DNA from: Candidatus Latescibacterota bacterium
Lineage (GTDB): Bacteria > Latescibacterota > UBA2968 > UBA8231
Direction: 5' to 3'
Assembly: GCA_965208105.1 (NCBI GenBank)
Contig: OZ242318.1
Coordinates: 480,001 to 544,000 of the forward strand
DNA: 64,000 nucleotides
Every line of letters starts with the position of its first letter. Within the stretch, counting starts at the first letter, position 1. Positions 7,965-16,109 of this stretch are shown piece by piece. Position numbers and translations under genes: made by a program. The notes beneath the pieces are model-generated. The model was given only the letters and a program-made list of their open reading frames with translations, had not been told where the DNA came from and did not search any database.

Positions 7965-10862
7965 ATGGCACCGGTTCTTTGCCTGCTCTGCATCGCACTC
8001 TTGCTCGCCAAGGCCTATCCTCAGGACAATTCAGCACGCCTGGGCAGATCATCCGAGCTGATCTCCTCCCGGCATTTTCTGCGGCACCAGGCCCCACCCT
8101 ACCGCAATTTCGCTCTCGAGCCATTCACTCACTACCCGAATCACTCCTTTCCCTACGCCCATCGGGCGCAAAGCTTTTACGGCCCCCTCGGCGACTATCT
8201 CACCTCCGGCTATTCCCTCTTCTCCTGGAACGAGCGTCGACGGCCGGGCCTTCAATACGGCAGTGCGATTTTCAAGGACATCGACGTGTTCCGTCCCATC
8301 TTCGATCACGTCATCGTGGCCAGCGACGGCTACAGCGATTGGGGCTACAGCTTCATCGTGGGCGACGATCTCATCGCCCACCTGACTCCCCTCACCATGT
8401 CCCACGTGACCTTTCACGGGGTCCGGCTCGACGCCCAGGTCCCCCGGTTGGAGTTCACGCTCATGGGCTCGCGCATCGAGCGCCCCTGGCACTGGGTCGA
8501 AGGCAGCAATATCGGGCCCTGGATGATCGATGGCGTCCACTATGCCGATACCAGCACCATGCTCCTCGGCGGCCGTGCCCAGACACGGATCGGAGCCCTG
8601 CGTCTGGGCATCAGCGGCGCCAACGCCCACATCTTCCAGAGCACGCAACCGGACAACACTCCAAAGGGGGTCATTCGACCCGACCACGTGCGCATCGGGT
8701 GGCTCGGTGTTCGCTTCACCGACGATTCCCCCTCCGATGACCGCGGCGGAGCGGTAGTGCAGGAACTGGACATCATCGTCAACGGACAGGTGCGCCCCGA
8801 TATCCGGCCCCGCATCATCACACACCGCGCCGGGGTGCGGTCGGCGGTTGGAACCTACTCACGGACTACGGGCGAATTCCGCGGAACCGGATACAAGCGC
8901 AGGGGATACCCCTACTACGTGGACTATCTCTATCGCATTCTGCTCGAGGACGGGGCCGATGTCAGCGCCAACACCCAGGTCGATGTACTTCGGGAGACCT
9001 TCACCATTCCTCCCCCGGGAACGGTGCTGCAAGCCGACGGCGACCAGCGGGTCGTCGTTTTGTACGACCTCTTCGAAGAACCTCTCATCGAGTCGGTGGA
9101 GATAGAGGCCCTGCTGGCCAACGACTACCGCGTTGAGGCCTTCATCCTTACCGAGCAAAACCCCAGAGCCCACAATCTTCAATCCCAGTGGAGGACCAGC
9201 TCTTTCATCACCCACCTGCGCGCTCCGGGCAACGTGCAGGACCTGAGCAACCTGGCACGGCGGCGCTTCGTGATCGGGGAAAACACAGCCATCTTCACCT
9301 ACAGCGCCGATGCCAAGCTCGACTTGCCGGGCATCGAAATCGACGCCGAGTACGCCCGGTCCGCCCGCTATTCGCGCTATCCCGCCTACATGGGAGACAC
9401 CCCGATCTTTCGCCGGGCACCGCACTACGGAGAACACGGCTCCGCCTATTTCGTCACGGCGAGTCACTGGTTTTCCCGCGGCCGCCTCGGGGCCGAGTAC
9501 TTCGCCATCAACCCCGATTTCAGGACCCGCCTGTTCAGCCGCCGCGAGACCACCGGCGCCAGCGAGTACATCGGGGTAGGATTCAGCCAGATGTTTGCAA
9601 TGAACCTGGTGCAGGACAACGACGACGGCGACCGCTTCCCCGAAGGCGGCAATCGTCCAATAGGTGCTCCGAGTTACGGCGGCGACATAGACGGGGTCTT
9701 CCCCAACCAGGACGAGAACAAAGACGGCATCCCCGACACCAACCGGAACTTCAATAGTATCCCCGACTGGAACGAACCTTTTCTCATGTTCGAATCCGAC
9801 CCCAACGAGTACGTCTACGGGCTCGATCTCAATCACAACGACGAGCCCGACCGGCGCGAGGACGACTACGAACTCGATTACCCCTACGACTTCGATCAGC
9901 GCGGCTTCCACGCCTTCGCCCAGGTTCACCTCAGTACCAACTGGATTCTGGGGATGGGCCGCTACCGCACCGGGGAGATCGCCGGTGCCGGCCGCAACCA
10001 CGCCGACTACACCCTCCTGAGCTACCGCCGCAAGGGCGCGGACCGGGTGCTCTCCTTGTTTTTCGAAAACAACCTGCGCCGAGTCAGGGACAACATCCAG
10101 GACAACTTCAGCGCGAGCAAAGACAATCCCCGCCTCGGGCTTTACTTCGACTACCGCGGCTACGAGGCCGTCAGGCCCGGCATCCAGGGAGCCCTGCTCT
10201 TCAGGAGCAGGAGCCATCAGCCAGACTTCCTCCTCTACCGGGACAGCTACGTCAACGAGACCTACCTGGAGGGTCACCTCAATCCCTGGTCCAGCCTCAA
10301 CCTGGTCCACAAACTGCGCCTGCGTCTCAACTGGCAGCAGGGGGGAGACCTGCCCGGCGGCACCTCGCAGCGGGCTCGCCGCCTCGACTACTGGACCCTG
10401 GTCAGCCGCGCCGACTACACCTGGCAGTGGGGCCGCCTGCAGATCAAGCCCAGGATCAAGTTCATGTTCCTGCGCCTGGTCGACCAGGACGCCGACCGCC
10501 AGCCCGGAGGGCGCTACGCCGCGCGCGAGCTGATCGCCGAGCACCGCATCATTCCCATCCTCCTGGTCTCCTGTCCCCTCCTGCGCCGCACCACGATGCA
10601 ACTGGGGCTGCAGGGGCTGGGCCCGCTGCCCTACCGCCTCGAAGACCGCGTCCGCGAGCGCAACAGCCTGCGCCGGCGCATCGGCTTTCTCACTCTGACC
10701 AACCGCTCTCTCTACTTCGGCTACGACCTCTACAACATCGTGGGCATGCAGCGCGACAAACTGAGCTACGACGACACTTTCAGGCAGAGCTCCAACCGCG
10801 ACACCTGGTCTTTCTTCATCCGCACATTGGTAGGGTTTACCGAGTACGGGAGGGCAATCTAG
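7965..10862 (+). CDS. Large exported hypothetical protein, paralogue A (possible outer-membrane beta-barrel)
   Basis: 965-aa ORF, signal peptide, DNDDGD and DENKDGIPD acidic loops, amphipathic beta-strand-like C-terminus; alignable along its length to the next ORF. Confidence 0.75.
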   Translation: MAPVLCLLCIALLLAKAYPQDNSARLGRSSELISSRHFLRHQAPPYRNFALEPFTHYPNHSFPYAHRAQSFYGPLGDYLTSGYSLFSWNERRRPGLQYGSAIFKDIDVFRPIFDHVIVASDGYSDWGYSFIVGDDLIAHLTPLTMSHVTFHGVRLDAQVPRLEFTLMGSRIERPWHWVEGSNIGPWMIDGVHYADTSTMLLGGRAQTRIGALRLGISGANAHIFQSTQPDNTPKGVIRPDHVRIGWLGVRFTDDSPSDDRGGAVVQELDIIVNGQVRPDIRPRIITHRAGVRSAVGTYSRTTGEFRGTGYKRRGYPYYVDYLYRILLEDGADVSANTQVDVLRETFTIPPPGTVLQADGDQRVVVLYDLFEEPLIESVEIEALLANDYRVEAFILTEQNPRAHNLQSQWRTSSFITHLRAPGNVQDLSNLARRRFVIGENTAIFTYSADAKLDLPGIEIDAEYARSARYSRYPAYMGDTPIFRRAPHYGEHGSAYFVTASHWFSRGRLGAEYFAINPDFRTRLFSRRETTGASEYIGVGFSQMFAMNLVQDNDDGDRFPEGGNRPIGAPSYGGDIDGVFPNQDENKDGIPDTNRNFNSIPDWNEPFLMFESDPNEYVYGLDLNHNDEPDRREDDYELDYPYDFDQRGFHAFAQVHLSTNWILGMGRYRTGEIAGAGRNHADYTLLSYRRKGADRVLSLFFENNLRRVRDNIQDNFSASKDNPRLGLYFDYRGYEAVRPGIQGALLFRSRSHQPDFLLYRDSYVNETYLEGHLNPWSSLNLVHKLRLRLNWQQGGDLPGGTSQRARRLDYWTLVSRADYTWQWGRLQIKPRIKFMFLRLVDQDADRQPGGRYAARELIAEHRIIPILLVSCPLLRRTTMQLGLQGLGPLPYRLEDRVRERNSLRRRIGFLTLTNRSLYFGYDLYNIVGMQRDKLSYDDTFRQSSNRDTWSFFIRTLVGFTEYGRAI
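10241..10862 (+). repeat. Near-identical ~620-bp direct repeat, copy 1 (copy 2 at 13249-13870)
   Basis: Offset 3008 nt; roughly ten substitutions by eye. Confidence 0.92.
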
Positions 10863-10957
10863 TGAAGCCTGGCCTGCGCTGGGGCCAGTTGAGGCAATTG
10901 CTGGATCCATATTAATTGATTTTTCTAACCAATTAATGGAGAGTAAGTTAGAGAGTC

Positions 10958-13870
10958 ATGTCATTGCTATTCACACTTGCACTTCTAGCTCTGTACCTGT
11001 CCGCTGCTGCGGCCGAAGATGACCGACTTGGAGGAGGTCCGGGCGAGTCGGAGGTAATCTCCGCCCGCCCCTTTCTGCGCATGCCGCGGGAAGGTTATCG
11101 CAACTACGCCCTGCAAACCTATACTCCCTACCCGGACCATTCTGTCCCCTACAATCAAAGACCCCGGGCCTTTTTCGGACCCATGGGAGACTATCTCATC
11201 ACCGGCTATGGACTTTACTCCTGGAACGAGCGCCGCCTGCCCGGCCTGGAGTACGGAAGCGCCATCGCGAAAAACCTGGACGTATTCCGCCCGATTTTCG
11301 ACCACGTCATCGTCGGCCGCGACGGCTACGGCAGCTGGGGCTACAGTCTCATCGTCGGAGACGGCCTGATGGCCCGCTTCACTCCCCTTACCATGTCGAA
11401 GACGGACCTCAATGGAACGCGCCTCGACATCCACACTCCTCACCTGGAAATTACCCTGGCCGGCTCGCGCATCGAGCGCCCGGTACACTGGGTGGAGGGC
11501 ATGAATACCGCGCCCTGGATGATCGAGGGGACCCACTACGCCGACGCCACATCGCTGCTGTTGGGCGGACGCGCACAGACCAGGATCGGCGCCCTGCGCC
11601 TGGGATTGAACGGCGCCAACGTGCACATCTACGACAGCACCCGGCCCGGCAACTCCCTCAAGGGAATCATCCGGCCGGACCACCCCCGGATCTTCTGGCT
11701 GGGCCTTGAGATCAGCGACGACTCACCCGCCGACGGCGGCGGCGGCGCAGTGGTGCAGGAACTGCAGCTTGTCGTCAACGGAGAGGCCAGGCCCGACATC
11801 CGGCCCCGCGTGGTCAGCCACGGGGCAGGGGTGCGCTCCGCGGTGGGAACCTACTCCCAGGCCACAGGGGAGTTCCGCGGCACCGGCTACAAGCGCAGAG
11901 GCTATCCCTACTTTGCCGACTATCTCTACCGCTTCGAGCACGAGGACGGAATCGACGTGAGCGCAAACACCAATCTGGCCGCTCTCCTCGAAACCTTCGT
12001 CATGGAGCCTCCAGGGACGGTGCTGCGGGCAGACGGAGACGATCTGGTGGTCGCCATGTTCGACCTCTCGCGGGAACCGGCAATCGAGTCGGTTGTTGTG
12101 GACGCCCTGCTGGGCAACGACTACCGCGTCCGCGTATTCACCCTGATCGATGAAAACCCCAGGGCCAAGGGGCACGCTACCCGGTGGAGGCCCAGTTCCC
12201 CCATCATTCGCCTGCGCGCCCCTGGCAACGTGCAGGATCTGTCCAACCTGGGGCGCCGGCGCTTCAGGATCGGCGAGAACACCGGCCTCTTCACCTACAG
12301 CGCCGATTTGGCGCTCGACCTGCCCGGCCTCGAAATCGACGCCGAGTACGCCCGCTCCGCGCTCCTTTCGCGCTATCCGGGATTTATGGGGGAAACTCCG
12401 ATCTTCCGCCGGGCGCCCCACTTCGGGGAACACGGCTCCGCCTATTTCGTCACGGCCAGCCGCTGGTTTTCCCGCGGTCGACTGGGCGCCGAGTACTTTG
12501 CCATCAATCCCGAATTCCGCACCCGGATGATCAGCCGCCGCTGCTGCCGGCTCGGCGAACTCATCGGCATAGGCTACAGCAGTATGCTGGGCCTGAGCCT
12601 GGTTCAGGACAATGACGACGGCGACCGCTTCCCCGAGGACGTGGGAAGGGTTCTCGGCAGTCCAAGCGACGGAGGAGACGCGGACGGAGTCTTCCTCAGC
12701 CAGGACGGGAACAACGACGGCATCCCCGACACCAACCGGAACTTCAACAGTATCCCCGACTGGAACGAACCTTTTCTCATGTTCGAATCCGACCCCAACG
12801 AGTACGTCTACGGACTCGACCGCAACAACAACGACGAACCCGACCACCGCGAGGACGACGCGACCCCCGACTATCCCTATGACCTCGACCAGCGCGGCTT
12901 CCACCTCTTCGGGCAGGTACACCTGAGCACCCACTGGACCATGGCACTGGGCCGCTACCGCACCAGGCAGATCGAGGGTGCCGGCCGCAACCATGCGGAC
13001 TACGCACTCCTGAGCTACCGCCGCAAGGGCGCGGACCGGGTGCGCTTCCTGTTCTTCGAAAACAACCTGCGGCGCCTGAAGGACGGAATTCAGGACAACT
13101 TCGCCTCCTACGGCGACCGTCCGCGCCTGGACCTCTACTTCACCTTTCGCGGCTACCTGAGCGAAATCTTCCTGAATGTCCCGCCTGGACTGCAGCCGGC
13201 CATCCTCTATCGCACAGGGAGGCGCCACACCGATGTGCTACTCTACCAGGACAGCTACGTCAACGAGACCTACCTGGAGGGTCACCTCAATCCCTGGTCC
13301 AGCCTCAACCTGGTCCACAAACTGCGCCTGCGCCTCAACTGGCAGCAGGGGGGAGACCTGCCCGGAGGCGCCTCGCAGCGGGCTCGCCGCCTCGACTACT
13401 GGACCCTGGTCAGCCGCGCCGACTACACCTGGCAGTGGGGCCGCCTGCAGATCAAGCCCAGGATCAAGTTCATGCTCCTGCGCCTGGTCGACCAGGACGC
13501 CGACCGCCAGCCCGGAGGGCGCTATGCCCCGCGCGAGCTGATCGCCGAGCACCGCATCATTCCCATCCTCCTGGTCTCCTGTCCCCTCCTGCGCCGCACC
13601 ACGATGCAACTGGGGCTGCAGGGGCTGGGCCCGCTGCCCTACCGCCTCGAAGACCGCGTCCGCGAGCGCAACAGCCTGCGCCGGCGCATCGGCTTTCTCA
13701 CTCTGACCAACCGCTCTCTCTACTTCGGCTACGACCTCTACAACATCGTGGGCATGCAGCGCGACAAACTGAGCTACGACGACACTTTCAGGCAGAGCTC
13801 CAACCGCGACACCTGGTCTTTCTTCATCCGCACATTGGTAGGGTTTACCGAGTACGGGCGGGCAATCTAA
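10958..13870 (+). CDS. Large exported hypothetical protein, paralogue B
   Basis: 970-aa ORF, signal peptide, same architecture as 7965-10862. Confidence 0.75.
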   Translation: MSLLFTLALLALYLSAAAAEDDRLGGGPGESEVISARPFLRMPREGYRNYALQTYTPYPDHSVPYNQRPRAFFGPMGDYLITGYGLYSWNERRLPGLEYGSAIAKNLDVFRPIFDHVIVGRDGYGSWGYSLIVGDGLMARFTPLTMSKTDLNGTRLDIHTPHLEITLAGSRIERPVHWVEGMNTAPWMIEGTHYADATSLLLGGRAQTRIGALRLGLNGANVHIYDSTRPGNSLKGIIRPDHPRIFWLGLEISDDSPADGGGGAVVQELQLVVNGEARPDIRPRVVSHGAGVRSAVGTYSQATGEFRGTGYKRRGYPYFADYLYRFEHEDGIDVSANTNLAALLETFVMEPPGTVLRADGDDLVVAMFDLSREPAIESVVVDALLGNDYRVRVFTLIDENPRAKGHATRWRPSSPIIRLRAPGNVQDLSNLGRRRFRIGENTGLFTYSADLALDLPGLEIDAEYARSALLSRYPGFMGETPIFRRAPHFGEHGSAYFVTASRWFSRGRLGAEYFAINPEFRTRMISRRCCRLGELIGIGYSSMLGLSLVQDNDDGDRFPEDVGRVLGSPSDGGDADGVFLSQDGNNDGIPDTNRNFNSIPDWNEPFLMFESDPNEYVYGLDRNNNDEPDHREDDATPDYPYDLDQRGFHLFGQVHLSTHWTMALGRYRTRQIEGAGRNHADYALLSYRRKGADRVRFLFFENNLRRLKDGIQDNFASYGDRPRLDLYFTFRGYLSEIFLNVPPGLQPAILYRTGRRHTDVLLYQDSYVNETYLEGHLNPWSSLNLVHKLRLRLNWQQGGDLPGGASQRARRLDYWTLVSRADYTWQWGRLQIKPRIKFMLLRLVDQDADRQPGGRYAPRELIAEHRIIPILLVSCPLLRRTTMQLGLQGLGPLPYRLEDRVRERNSLRRRIGFLTLTNRSLYFGYDLYNIVGMQRDKLSYDDTFRQSSNRDTWSFFIRTLVGFTEYGRAI
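13249..13870 (+). repeat. Near-identical ~620-bp direct repeat, copy 2
   Basis: Matches 10241-10862. Confidence 0.92.
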
Positions 13871-13921
13871 GGCCCCCCCGGGGAAACCGGCTGGAACCCC
13901 TTTTCGGGATCTTCTCTTCTT

Positions 13922-16072
13922 CTACATCTGCAGCGGGATGTTGCGAATCATTCCGGTGAGGGAGTCCACCATGAGCCAGATGCCGTTGCACAGCACGTGG
14001 CCGACGATCAGCCCCAGGAAGAATGGCTGTGTGCGGCGGTAGGCCGCGGCGCCGCCGTAGCGCAGCACCACCTTCTTGATCAGACAGGCCGCCAGAATAC
14101 TGAACCACATGTAGTAGATGACCATTCCGACGGGAAATCCGAGAGGATGCAGGGGCCACCACAGAAAGCGCATCCGCGCCCACAGCATGATCAGCATGGC
14201 AGCGGCCCCTCCCAGGTAAAATCCCAGACCGGTCCAGTACACCCCCCGGGGCTCCAGGTTGCGCAGCGCCACGTTGTAGATATCCGCAGGGGCAACCTGG
14301 AAATAGGATCCCCGCAGGTTGATGCCGCCGTATTCGTGGGCCATGTGCAGGATCATCCAGAAAGCGCCCGCGACGCCGATGGCCAGGGCCAGGACCACCG
14401 CGCCAAGCAGGCGGCCCCTGCTGCGCCGGTCCACCTCCCCCACCAGCTTGAGGCCGGTGGCGAGGACGGTCATCAGGTTGATGGTACCGTTGAGGGACCA
14501 GGCATAGCCCATGGAGAGGCAGAATACCCCTGTGGGGCCTATCAACTGCGATCCCAGGATCCCGGTCACCAGCTCGGGCGCCCCCAATGGAGACGACATC
14601 CCCACCAGACCGGCCTCGGCCACGCAGCGGGTTATGCCGATGAAGACACACAGGACGACCGCTACGAAAACCGCCGCCACCCACAGCGGAGTTCCCATCA
14701 GCCAGAGCCACCCTGCCATGACCAGGGGTCCTCCCACCGCACCTGCCACGGCAGTGCGATAGGAGAGGATCTCGTCGCCGTCGTCGACATGGGGAGCCCG
14801 CCCGAGAGCCTTGCGCGCCACGTTCTTCAGGTGCTCGCGTCCCATCCACAGGCCCGCGGCGACCAGTGCCATGAATGCACCAGCTCCCTGGTAGCCCATG
14901 AGCGGCACCGTGCTGAACCCATGGGTCACCGTCTGACCCGAGCCCAGGCCCATGAACACCAGGGCCCATCCCTCCAGCTTGAAGAGCAGGTGGAACAGGC
15001 AAATCCCGGCGGCGATCTTGGTGTTGACGAAGTAGCAGAATCCGATCCAGATGAAGCTGATCTGCACGATGATCAGCTCGACGTCGAGGACCGGGAAGCT
15101 CCAGAACATCCGCGGATGCACAACGGCCGGGTCGTAACTGTGCCATGCCTTGAGACTTCCCACTACCAGGGGAAGGGCACAGCCCGCCCACATGGCGGGG
15201 CTCTTGAAAAAGCGATTCACCAGCATCTCCCCCTTCTCCCCGCTCACCAGGGCCAGGGGCACCTGCGCCACCGGATATGGAAGGCGCTCGCGCTCCGCCC
15301 ACTGGCGCCGCAGGATCACCGCCATGGAAATCAGTGTGGCGTAAAGGGCACCCAGGAAGATCCCCCACCAGAACAGAGGCTCCACCCAGGCCTCGTAGGC
15401 AACCGAATGCCCGGCGCCCACGCCTTCGTAAAAGGCCTGGTTCTGATTGCCGTCGTCTACCATTATGCGGCGCTCGGGCAGGAGGGGAAAGAGTCTTTCC
15501 GCCCACCTGTTCTCGATGGAGGCAAAGTAGAAGAGGGCGGTGATTCCAGGCAGGAGGATCTCGCTCAATCCAAGGGAGCACACCGCCGATACCACCAGCA
15601 GCATGACGTAGACCAGGATCAGCTCCGAGCGATTGAGCGTCAGACTGCGGCCGTGGACTGCCATGGCCCAGTTCAGCACCAGCAGGAGGACCAGAAAGGA
15701 GGAGTATATCAGGAGCGGAGAGTAAAAATCAAGGGAGTCCGGCGGCCACCAGGCGCCAAGGTAAAGTCCGACGGCCAGCAGGGCGGTGAGCAGCGCCCTG
15801 TCCGGGCGTCCCGCGCCCAGCTTGAACAGCAGGTTCAGCACCCCGACCAGCAGGACCAGGAGCAGAAAGGCCCCCGAGGTGGTGGCGTTCTGGGCCATGT
15901 AGGGACCCTTGATGAGGATATTGCCGTAAGGCGCGCCAATGGCCAGGAAAAAGCTGAGTATTCCCCCCAGCAGGAAGGACCGCGCCCTCACCCCCTGGCG
16001 GCGGTCCCCGGAGCGGCTCCGGTCCTCGAGATATCTCTTCAGCCCAGGAGGCAGTTCGCGCCTCAACAGCAC
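13922..16072 (-). CDS. Polytopic membrane protein, OPT-like putative peptide transporter (DUF6785/DUF6784-like)
   Basis: Many TM helices, ILRRQWAERERLPYPVA and WWPLHPLGF motifs; family recognised from memory. Confidence 0.7.
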   Translation of the reverse strand: MLLRRELPPGLKRYLEDRSRSGDRRQGVRARSFLLGGILSFFLAIGAPYGNILIKGPYMAQNATTSGAFLLLVLLVGVLNLLFKLGAGRPDRALLTALLAVGLYLGAWWPPDSLDFYSPLLIYSSFLVLLLVLNWAMAVHGRSLTLNRSELILVYVMLLVVSAVCSLGLSEILLPGITALFYFASIENRWAERLFPLLPERRIMVDDGNQNQAFYEGVGAGHSVAYEAWVEPLFWWGIFLGALYATLISMAVILRRQWAERERLPYPVAQVPLALVSGEKGEMLVNRFFKSPAMWAGCALPLVVGSLKAWHSYDPAVVHPRMFWSFPVLDVELIIVQISFIWIGFCYFVNTKIAAGICLFHLLFKLEGWALVFMGLGSGQTVTHGFSTVPLMGYQGAGAFMALVAAGLWMGREHLKNVARKALGRAPHVDDGDEILSYRTAVAGAVGGPLVMAGWLWLMGTPLWVAAVFVAVVLCVFIGITRCVAEAGLVGMSSPLGAPELVTGILGSQLIGPTGVFCLSMGYAWSLNGTINLMTVLATGLKLVGEVDRRSRGRLLGAVVLALAIGVAGAFWMILHMAHEYGGINLRGSYFQVAPADIYNVALRNLEPRGVYWTGLGFYLGGAAAMLIMLWARMRFLWWPLHPLGFPVGMVIYYMWFSILAACLIKKVVLRYGGAAAYRRTQPFFLGLIVGHVLCNGIWLMVDSLTGMIRNIPLQM

Positions 16073-16109
16073 CTGCTTTCCACTGGAATGAAAACCGGAT
16101 TCCGCCCAC

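Noticed and set aside
8859-13228. Long minus-strand ORFs (683 and 501 aa)
   Set aside because: Antisense shadows of the two paralogues, expected at high GC
10241-13870. 620-bp repeat as a DGR template/variable repeat
   Set aside because: Both copies are coding and the mismatches are not adenine-specific
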